Source: Candidatus Xenobia bacterium (GTDB lineage Bacteria; Vulcanimicrobiota; Xenobia; Xenobiales; QWHO01). From it: a stretch of 20,844 bases of DNA. The notes beneath the pieces are model-generated. The model worked only from the letters and a program-made list of their open reading frames with translations, searched no databases and was not told where the DNA came from. The first letter of the stretch is position 1. Each line of letters starts with the position of its first letter. The stretch spans positions 1 through 20,844 of the forward strand of contig BTUM01000116.1 of NCBI GenBank assembly GCA_045863235.1, in the 5' to 3' direction. The position numbers were made by a program, and so were the translations under genes. Shown piece after piece: positions 8,437 to 15,395 of the stretch.

Positions 8437-9441
8437 ATGTCTCCGTCCCGAACCCTGGCAATGGCTGGCTGGCAGCGTCGTTTACTGGCGCTGTCCCTGG
8501 TTGTTTGGCTCAGCCAGAGTCCCGCCCTGGCAGAGGAAGGCGCCGTCAACAGCCTGACGCCGCACCTGGACACGCTCTGGCTGGCCCTGTACGTCCTGCT
8601 GGGGGCGCTGGTGGCGCTGATTCTCTGGGAGGTCATCGATCGGATGCCGCGCCGCGTGAAGATCGACGCCGCCGTGGCCTTGCCGGAGCCTGAGAACGAC
8701 TACATCGACCCCACCAAGATGAAGTTTGCCGAGCCTGCCAGGCCTGCCGCCCCCGTGCCCACGAGTTTCGCCCCCCCGCCGCCGCCCGCCGAGCCGATGG
8801 CTCGGCCCCCGGCCGCTCCGCCGCCGCCGCCCGCTGCAGACGACGACAATCCTTTCCGCAAGCTCTCCAAGCTCGGTGGCGAAGACGATTCGCCCCTGGC
8901 TCCGGCTCGGCCCCCGGTGCCTCGCAGCGAGCCGGCCAGCATTCCCGTGCCGGCTGCTCCCGCGCCCTCGCCTGCCTCCTCGGGGCTGGGCGATTCCGGG
9001 GGGAGCTCGGGGGGATGGGCTGACCTGCTTCAGCGCGTGCGCGCCGGCGAGCCCGGCAGTGGCAGCGCCAGCGAAGACTCCGGCAGCATGCCAGGCCGGA
9101 GCGCCATGCCTCCCATGACCGAGGTGGAGTCGGCCCCCTCCTCGAGCACGGCCGCCTGGGAATCGCTGCTCAAGAAGTCGGCCAACGATGTGGGGCCGGC
9201 TCCCGATACCTCGACCGTGGGCGGGGGCGATTTTCAGCCACGCTCCATCAAGCTCGGTGGGGGCGGGGGCGAGGAGGCTCCGGTGGTGGATCCCCTGCGG
9301 ATGGCCCTGGACAACCCGTCCTCCGACCCGGACGAGAACCTTCCCGATTTCGTCAAGAAAGCGACCCGCACGATCGCGCTCGATCTGAAGAAGGGTGGCG
9401 AGCAGACGCCTCCGCCGCCGATGCCCAAGACGGAGGGCTAG
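8437..9441 (+). CDS. Hypothetical single-pass membrane protein: signal peptide, one TM helix, Pro/Gly/Ser-rich disordered tail
   Basis: RRLLALSLVVWLSQSPALA|EE resembles a Sec signal with an A-L-A cleavage site. LWLALYVLLGALVALILWEVI is a TM helix. The gene fills the gap between neighbours (11 nt and 6 nt). Alternative ATG at 8461. Confidence 0.8.
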   Translation: MSPSRTLAMAGWQRRLLALSLVVWLSQSPALAEEGAVNSLTPHLDTLWLALYVLLGALVALILWEVIDRMPRRVKIDAAVALPEPENDYIDPTKMKFAEPARPAAPVPTSFAPPPPPAEPMARPPAAPPPPPAADDDNPFRKLSKLGGEDDSPLAPARPPVPRSEPASIPVPAAPAPSPASSGLGDSGGSSGGWADLLQRVRAGEPGSGSASEDSGSMPGRSAMPPMTEVESAPSSSTAAWESLLKKSANDVGPAPDTSTVGGGDFQPRSIKLGGGGGEEAPVVDPLRMALDNPSSDPDENLPDFVKKATRTIALDLKKGGEQTPPPPMPKTEG

Positions 9442-9447
9442 GTATCG

Positions 9448-10374
9448 ATGGCGGTTACCACGGAGGCAGGCTTGGAGTTACCCAAAGGAAATCCCCTCAT
9501 CGAGGACATCGCGCTGCAGCATCACGACGTGAGCGAGATGCTCAACAACCTCGAGCAAGACGAGTTTACCGGCTACGTCAAGTTCGAGGCAGCCGGTAGC
9601 CTGCGCGGCTATTTCTTCTTCAATCACGGCACCATCTTTCGGGCCGTGGAGATGGAGCGAGCCGACGCCACCCCCATCGTCCGCATGGTTCCGCGCTTGA
9701 TGAACCGCACCAAGTCCTACCATGAGGTCTCCACCTCGAGCTACGTCATGTCTCCGAGGCTGGTCAACGTGCTGGGCTCCATGTTCGCTTTCAAGCCCCT
9801 CTTCATCGATTATGAGGTCAAGCGCAAGGAGCTCAAGAAAGTGCTCGGCAAGATCGAGCAGGACGAGTACTCCGGCATCATGCGCGTGCAGCTTCCCGAC
9901 GAAGCCGTCTTCCTCTTGATGGAGCGGGGCACCCCTGTGATCGATCAGTTCGCCAAGCGCTACGGAGACGTGCTGTGCGGCACCGAGGCGGTTTCCAACC
10001 TGCTCGACTACATCCACAAGAACGGCTCCACCATCCAGGTGCACGTCGAGAAGGCGGGCGAGATCGAGTATCGCGTCAAGCGGATCGAGGAGGACCTGGA
10101 CAAGATCAAGCAGTTGATCGTCAAGAACGACGCCGGCTTCCTGCGTGCCCAGGACATCGTCAAGGTGGCCGAGGAGATCGTGCGCGACTGGGGTTACGAT
10201 CTCAAGTCCACCTTCACCGTCGAGATGGAGACCTCCACGGGCCAGATCTTCGAATACAAGTGCCAATCCGGCAAGAAGCTGGCCGGCTACGTTGGTCTGC
10301 ACACCAACATGATGAAGTCCATGGGTTTGAACGAGGGCGACGTGGTCAACATTCGTCCCCTCAGCGCCTCCTGA
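9448..10374 (+). CDS. Tandem PATAN/DUF4388/DUF2226-like domain protein (possibly RomY/co-GAP-like) with a C-terminal CDC48-N/double-psi-barrel-like segment
   Basis: Internal duplication: PLIEDI..DVSEMLNNLEQDEFTGYVKF..GYFFFNHG versus PLFIDY..ELKKVLGKIEQDEYSGIMRV..VFLLMERG. The C-terminal VGLHTNMMKSMGLNEGDVVNIRP resembles the 'lgl.eGD.V.i.p' strand motif of CDC48_N-type barrels. The CDS is solid; the family label is recalled, not searched. Confidence 0.7.
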   Translation: MAVTTEAGLELPKGNPLIEDIALQHHDVSEMLNNLEQDEFTGYVKFEAAGSLRGYFFFNHGTIFRAVEMERADATPIVRMVPRLMNRTKSYHEVSTSSYVMSPRLVNVLGSMFAFKPLFIDYEVKRKELKKVLGKIEQDEYSGIMRVQLPDEAVFLLMERGTPVIDQFAKRYGDVLCGTEAVSNLLDYIHKNGSTIQVHVEKAGEIEYRVKRIEEDLDKIKQLIVKNDAGFLRAQDIVKVAEEIVRDWGYDLKSTFTVEMETSTGQIFEYKCQSGKKLAGYVGLHTNMMKSMGLNEGDVVNIRPLSAS

Positions 10375-10375
10375 G

Positions 10376-11632
10376 CTGAGCCGCTCTGCGCGCAGCCTGC
10401 TGTTCCTGGTCCTGGTGCTGGGCGTCCTGCTGCGGGTCAGCCTGTTCGAGCTGGTTCCCCGGGCCACCGTAGGCGACATCTACCACCACGTCCTGCTGGC
10501 CAGCAACCTGCTGCAGGGGCACGGCTACTCTCACAGTCCCGCCCCACCCTACTACCCCGACCTGCAGCGCCCACCGGCCCTGCCCCTGGTGCTGGCCGGC
10601 GCCCTCGCCCTCAGTCAGCTCAGTGCGGTTCCCGCGCCCATCTTGATGCTGGTGCTGCAGACCGCCCTCGACCTCGGCACCGGCCTGATCCTCTACCGGC
10701 GCCTGCGCCAGCTGGCGCCACAACTCGCTTTGCCGGCCCTGGCCCTGTACCTTCTGAGTCCCTATCCGGCCTTCTTCCCCAGCCTGGCCCTGACCGAGTG
10801 CCTGGCGGGCTTTCTGCTCATGGCCACCCTGGATCGGGCTCTTGTCCTGGCCAGGGCTCCCACCGCCGGGGGGGCGGCTCTGTTGGGCTCCCTGGCTGGC
10901 CTTTTGATCCTGACCCGCCCGGCCCTCTTGCCGGTGGCGCTGCTGGCCCTGCTCGCCTCGCGTCGCCAGCTCCCCCTGGCCCTCTTGACCTGCGCTCTGC
11001 TCTTGCTACCCTGGACCGTGCGCAACGCCACCGTTCCGGGTGGGCGTCCCACCCCCATGCTGGTGAGCGGCATGGGCATCACCCTCTGGTTCGGGGTGAC
11101 CTTCGACGGTGGGGTCCACCTGACCGGCCGCCCTCCTGCCGGCGAGGCCGAGTTCCAGCGTTACCTTCTCCAGTGGCGTCGCGGCCAGGACCTGCCTCCC
11201 GAGGAGGTCATGGCCATCGATCGACAGCTTTCGGCTCTGGCCGTGCAGGCCATCCGGAGCAACCCGGCCGCCTACCTGGCTCACGTCGTGGCCCAGGCGG
11301 GCCGGCTCTGGTGGGCGGCCGACGACGGCCTGGTCAACTACGATGCGGCCCGCGTACCCCCGGAGCGCCTCCAGCTCCTCTATGTGGTCTCTCAGACCTG
11401 CCAGCGCATCCTGGTGGTCCTGGCGGCCGGGGGGCTGCTGGTGGGGGGGCGCAGACTGTGGCCCCTCTGGCTGCTGCTGGCTGTGGTCAGCCTGCCCTAC
11501 TGCCTCATCCACGTCGAGGCCCGCTACCTCCTGGCGCTCGAGCCCGTGCTGGCGGGTCTGGCGGCAGCCTTTCTCTGGTGGCTGAAGGAAACCCTCACTC
11601 GAGCGAGAACCCGGAATCAATCCGCGCGCTGA
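10376..11632 (+). CDS. GT-C fold polytopic glycosyltransferase (ArnT/PMT/GT39-like)
   Basis: Many hydrophobic helices plus motifs RPPALPLVLA (cf. RxPGYPLFLA), LTECLAGFLL, LTRP, LLPWTVRN and EARYLL. The ORF track starts at GTG 10415. An in-frame CTG at 10376, 1 nt after the upstream stop, would complete the first TM helix (SRSARSLLFLVLVLGVLLR). Confidence 0.75.
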   Translation: MSRSARSLLFLVLVLGVLLRVSLFELVPRATVGDIYHHVLLASNLLQGHGYSHSPAPPYYPDLQRPPALPLVLAGALALSQLSAVPAPILMLVLQTALDLGTGLILYRRLRQLAPQLALPALALYLLSPYPAFFPSLALTECLAGFLLMATLDRALVLARAPTAGGAALLGSLAGLLILTRPALLPVALLALLASRRQLPLALLTCALLLLPWTVRNATVPGGRPTPMLVSGMGITLWFGVTFDGGVHLTGRPPAGEAEFQRYLLQWRRGQDLPPEEVMAIDRQLSALAVQAIRSNPAAYLAHVVAQAGRLWWAADDGLVNYDAARVPPERLQLLYVVSQTCQRILVVLAAGGLLVGGRRLWPLWLLLAVVSLPYCLIHVEARYLLALEPVLAGLAAAFLWWLKETLTRARTRNQSAR

Positions 11633-11667
11633 ATGCGAGACGCGGCTTTATTTGTGAGGGGAAGTCT

Positions 11668-12024
11668 TTGTCCGAACTGGCCAGAGTGCTGGAAAACTTT
11701 TGTCGCCTGGATGGGGTGCAGGGTGCCCTCATTTTGAGCGCCGACGGGGCGCTGGTGGATAACCATGCCCCCTCCGTGGGCGAGCTGGAGCCTCTGGTCC
11801 GGCTCGTTTCCCAGAGCCTTTCTCTGGGACGGCAGGCGGCCGACTCGCTGGGGAAGTCGCCCGTGAATCACCAGTATCTCGAGTTCGCGCACATGCAGAT
11901 CACCTCAGAGATTTTGAAAAACCAGAACGTCCTGGTGGTTTGCGCCAAGACCGGTGCCAATCTTGGCCGAATCCGTTTGGAGATCAAGAAGACCAAGCCC
12001 GACGTTGAGAAACTGCTCGGGTAA
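11668..12024 (+). CDS. Roadblock/LC7 domain protein (MglB/MglC-like), 118 aa
   Basis: The true gene is the 3' end of track ORF 10798..12024: TTG at 11668 preceded by a GAGGGG SD. Sequence LARVLENF..LDGVQGALILSADGALV...LVVCAKTGANLGRIRLEIKK matches the Roadblock/LC7 pattern. Confidence 0.85.
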   Translation: MSELARVLENFCRLDGVQGALILSADGALVDNHAPSVGELEPLVRLVSQSLSLGRQAADSLGKSPVNHQYLEFAHMQITSEILKNQNVLVVCAKTGANLGRIRLEIKKTKPDVEKLLG

Positions 12025-12041
12025 ACGAGAGGGACGCCAGC

Positions 12042-12419
12042 TTGCCGAAGAAAGTCTTGATAGTCGACGATGAGCCTCACATTGTCGAAGTTGTCCGGGT
12101 GTGCCTGGAGGACTCGGGCCTCGAGCTCATGGAGGCCGCGGATGGAGAGCACGCACTCGATTTGACCCGGCAGGCCCATCCCGACCTGGTCATTCTGGAC
12201 GTGATGATCCCCAAGATGGATGGTTACGCCGTCTGCCGTGAGATCAAGGCCGACCCCGCCACCCGCTCCATCCCGGTCATCTTGCTGACCGCCAAGGGTC
12301 AGGCAGCCGACATCGAGGAAGGCCAGCAGGCCGGTGCCGATTCCTACCTGACCAAGCCCTTCAGCCCTCTGAAGCTACTGGCCGAGGTCTATCGCCACCT
12401 CAGCCTGGGGATTCCGTAA
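12042..12419 (+). CDS. Single-domain response regulator (receiver only, CheY-like)
   Basis: KVLIVDDE acidic pocket, PDLVILDVMIPKMDG with the phospho-acceptor Asp, ILLTAK, and GADSYLTKPF. TTG start with a GAGAGGG SD. No output domain. Confidence 0.95.
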   Translation: MPKKVLIVDDEPHIVEVVRVCLEDSGLELMEAADGEHALDLTRQAHPDLVILDVMIPKMDGYAVCREIKADPATRSIPVILLTAKGQAADIEEGQQAGADSYLTKPFSPLKLLAEVYRHLSLGIP

Positions 12420-12430
12420 ACCGCCCAGCG

Positions 12431-13966
12431 GTGGCCATCCGCGAAGGCGAGCGCCGTTCCCGCGACCAGCTCGTAGCCCTCTACGAGATCGGTCGAGCTC
12501 TCAACTCGACCCTCGAGTTAGGCGAGGTGCTCTCCCGCATCCTGGACATGCTCTTACCCCTCTTTGAGGCCGAAGCCGGCTCCATTATGCTGGCCGAGGA
12601 GGATGTGCTCACCATCGGCGCCGCCACCGGCCTCTCCCCCGAGATCATCGCCCGTACCCGGGTCAAGCGGGGCGAGGGGATCGCGGGCTGGGTGGCCCAG
12701 ACCGGCGAGCTGTTGCTGCTCAACGGCAAGGTGACCGACCCGCGTTTTACTCACCTGGTGGAGCGGCCCGACGAGATCACCTCTTCTCTGTGCGCCCCGC
12801 TGCGCCATCGCGAGCAGATCACCGGGGTGCTCATGCTGCGCCGCAGCGAGCCGTCCAGCTTTACCGTCGACCAGTTGGACTTCTTCCAGTCGGTGGCCGA
12901 CCAGGCTGCCCTGGCCATCGAGAATGCCCGCCGGGTGGAGCAGGTCGAGCGCGAGCGCCAGAAGTCCGAGGCCATCTTGCGCTCCATGGCCGACGGCGTG
13001 CTGGTGACCGACGCCAACGGCCTGATCGTGCACGCCAACCCCGCGGCTCTCAGCCTGTTCGGTCCCAACCTGACCGACCGGCAACTGCCGGGCCTGATTC
13101 CCAACCTGGCTTATCAGCACATTCTCGGTCAGGTGGCCCGGGGCCGGCCCTACGAGAGCGAGGTGCGGGTGGGTCCCGAGCAGCTCTTGCGCGTCAGCGT
13201 CACCGCCCTGGGCCTGGCCGAAGGCTCGCCCGAGGGCCTGGTCCTCTTGTTCCATGACGAGACCGAGCGAGCCCGCATCGAGCGCATGAAGTCCGAGTTC
13301 TTGTCCATGGTCAGCCACGAGCTCAAGACCCCCATCACCACCATCCAGGCTTTTCTCGAGCTGTTGATCTTCCGCGAGTTCCCCCTCGAGCGTCGGCGCC
13401 ACTTTCTCGAGATCAGCCTGCAGGAAGGCCGACGCCTGCAGAAGCTGATCGAGGACATCCTCGAGCTTGCCCGCATGGAGTCTGGTCGCTTCCGGCTCCA
13501 CAAGTCGCGTTGTCAGTTCCAGGATCTGGTGCGCTCCGTCCTGCCCGGCTTTGTGGAGCGCTTCCCGCTGCACAGCTTCGTGCTCGAGGCCGGGGCTGGT
13601 CTGCCCACCCTGGAGGCCGACCCCATGCTCTTGACCCAGGTGCTGACCAACTTGCTCTCCAACGCCGTCAAGTACTCGCCCGACGGGGGCGATGTGCGCG
13701 TCAAGGTCGAGGCCAGCGGCGATCGGCTCATCTGTTCGGTGTCCGACCAGGGAATCGGCATCGAGAAGGATAAGATTCCCTATATCTTCGAGAAGTTCTA
13801 CCGTGTGGACAACTCGCTTACCCGCGAGACGGGCGGCACCGGGCTCGGCCTGGCCAACGCTCGCTACATCGTAGAAAGTCACGGCGGCTCGATCTGGGCC
13901 GAGAGTGAGCCGGGCCGGGGCACCACCTTCACGGTGGCGCTTCCGCTCCAGACCAGTGAGGTGTAG
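12431..13966 (+). CDS. Cytoplasmic sensor histidine kinase, GAF-PAS-HisKA-HATPase_c
   Basis: GAF (GEGIAGWVAQTGE...SSLCAPL...ADQAALAIENAR); PAS (ILRSMADGVLVTDANGLIVHANPAA); H-box SHELKTP; N-box NLLSNAVKYS; G1 DQGIGI; F-box IFEKFYRV; G2 GGTGLGLA. No TM helix. Confidence 0.95.
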   Translation: MAIREGERRSRDQLVALYEIGRALNSTLELGEVLSRILDMLLPLFEAEAGSIMLAEEDVLTIGAATGLSPEIIARTRVKRGEGIAGWVAQTGELLLLNGKVTDPRFTHLVERPDEITSSLCAPLRHREQITGVLMLRRSEPSSFTVDQLDFFQSVADQAALAIENARRVEQVERERQKSEAILRSMADGVLVTDANGLIVHANPAALSLFGPNLTDRQLPGLIPNLAYQHILGQVARGRPYESEVRVGPEQLLRVSVTALGLAEGSPEGLVLLFHDETERARIERMKSEFLSMVSHELKTPITTIQAFLELLIFREFPLERRRHFLEISLQEGRRLQKLIEDILELARMESGRFRLHKSRCQFQDLVRSVLPGFVERFPLHSFVLEAGAGLPTLEADPMLLTQVLTNLLSNAVKYSPDGGDVRVKVEASGDRLICSVSDQGIGIEKDKIPYIFEKFYRVDNSLTRETGGTGLGLANARYIVESHGGSIWAESEPGRGTTFTVALPLQTSEV

Positions 13967-13969
13967 CCC

Positions 13970-15394
13970 ATGCTGACGACCGACGAGTCCAACCAGACCG
14001 CGCTCGAGTCCATGATCGAGCGCTTTCGCGCCGTTCTGGTTCAATCGCCTCAGAATCCCACCGTGTTGCTTGGCTTTGCCGAGGCCAACCTGCGTCGGGG
14101 CCGCCGACTGGAGGCGCTGCAGGCTTACCAGAAGGTGCTCGGACTCACTCCCGACGTGAGCGACGCCCACCTGGCGGTGGCCGAGATCTATCTGCTCCAT
14201 GGACTGCCCCTGGAGGCCTATGAGGAGCTGCGCAAGGTCTTCGAGATCGAGCCCGGCCGCCCCGAGGCTCACCTGTTGCTGCACGAGATTGAGCCCCTGG
14301 CGCCCGTTCCCCACGCCCTGGAGTACCTGCGGGCTCGTTTTCCGACCGAGTTGCAGGTCGCCGAGACCCGCTCGCGCCTGACCCTGGAGGTCGAGCACCT
14401 GGTGCGCGAGGTGGAACAGCTGAAAGAGACGGGCGAGGGTCCCAACTCCGAGCCCGTGGCCGCCTACCACCTCGAGCAGGCCCGCAAGCGCCTCAGTCGC
14501 ACCCAGCACCTGCTGAGCCTGCTGGAGACCCTGCCCCTCTACAGTGGCGAGCCCGAGATGCCGCGGCCGGGCGCCATGCATCCAGGCGACACCGAATCTT
14601 ATGACGCTCAGCCCGAGATGCCCGACCACTCCATCGGGGAGACGGGCTACGAGACCCAGGAGCTGCTCGAGCCTTCCTACGAGACTCCCGTGCTCGAGAG
14701 CGAGCCGGCCTACCAGGTCTTTGAGCCCGTGCCAGAGCTCGGCCAGGAGCCCGAGTCAGAGTTCGGCCAGGAGTCCGAGCCAGAGCTCGAGCCTCGAGAG
14801 GACTCCGAGTCCTACGAGGAGTTGGCCCCCGAGCCAGAGGCTGCCGGTGAGAGTGACATCGAAGACTTCTTCCAGAGCCTGGCCCTGGGCGGCGAGCCTG
14901 AGTCCGACGAGGTGGCAGAGTCGGAGCCCGAGCTGGTGCAAGAGTCCGAGCCGGTGGCGACCGAGCCCGAGCCCGTCCTCGTCGAGCACACCGGGCCTGC
15001 TGGTCTTTCGCCCGAGCGCGTGAGCTACTACGAATCCATCGCCCCCGCCATGCGCGAGGCAGTGGACGATCTCTTGCGCACCCGCGGGCTGACCTCCATC
15101 TTCGTGGTCTCCTCCGACGGGCACGTGGTGGCCCACCAGTCTCGTGACAGTGTGACTCCCGAGCAGATGGGCGAGCTGGTGCTGCAGATCCAGAGCTGTC
15201 TGCGCGAGTTCGGCAACGAGCTGGCCTACTGGGCCCTCGAGTGCGAGGGCGGCATCGTGCTCTTGCAGCAGCTTGACGAGCGCCACGGTCTGGTGGCCGT
15301 GGGCCAGCCCGGAGCCAGCTTCGCCATGATCCGCCTCAACCTCGACAGGGCCCGCCCCCGGCTGGCCGAGCCCCTGGCCTCTGCTCCCGACTGA
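13970..15394 (+). CDS. TPR + acidic Glu/Pro linker + C-terminal Roadblock/LC7 fusion protein
   Basis: N-terminal TPRs (EALQAYQKVLGLTPDVSDAHLAVAEIY). An E/P/S-rich linker spans ~14550-14990. From ~15050 the sequence is Roadblock-like: MREAVDDLLRTRGLTSIFVVSSDGHVVA...LVAVGQPGASFAMIRLNLDRARPRLAE. Confidence 0.85.
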   Translation: MLTTDESNQTALESMIERFRAVLVQSPQNPTVLLGFAEANLRRGRRLEALQAYQKVLGLTPDVSDAHLAVAEIYLLHGLPLEAYEELRKVFEIEPGRPEAHLLLHEIEPLAPVPHALEYLRARFPTELQVAETRSRLTLEVEHLVREVEQLKETGEGPNSEPVAAYHLEQARKRLSRTQHLLSLLETLPLYSGEPEMPRPGAMHPGDTESYDAQPEMPDHSIGETGYETQELLEPSYETPVLESEPAYQVFEPVPELGQEPESEFGQESEPELEPREDSESYEELAPEPEAAGESDIEDFFQSLALGGEPESDEVAESEPELVQESEPVATEPEPVLVEHTGPAGLSPERVSYYESIAPAMREAVDDLLRTRGLTSIFVVSSDGHVVAHQSRDSVTPEQMGELVLQIQSCLREFGNELAYWALECEGGIVLLQQLDERHGLVAVGQPGASFAMIRLNLDRARPRLAEPLASAPD

Positions 15395-15395
15395 G

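Noticed and set aside
1994..8461. Very long antisense ORFs 1994..3592 (532 aa) and 3656..8461 (1601 aa)
   Set aside because: Codon-aligned shadows of GC3-rich sense genes, with L/V/G/D-rich composition and no recognisable motifs.
10798..11667. N-terminal 290 aa of track ORF 10798..12024
   Set aside because: Arg/Gly/Pro-rich off-frame reading that overlaps the glycosyltransferase. Only the part from TTG 11668 (with SD) encodes a recognisable Roadblock domain.
11668..12024. Assigning the gene symbol mglB or mglC (and sgmX or romY to neighbours)
   Set aside because: The resemblance is at fold/motif level only and no adjacent mglA is visible, so orthology cannot be established by eye.
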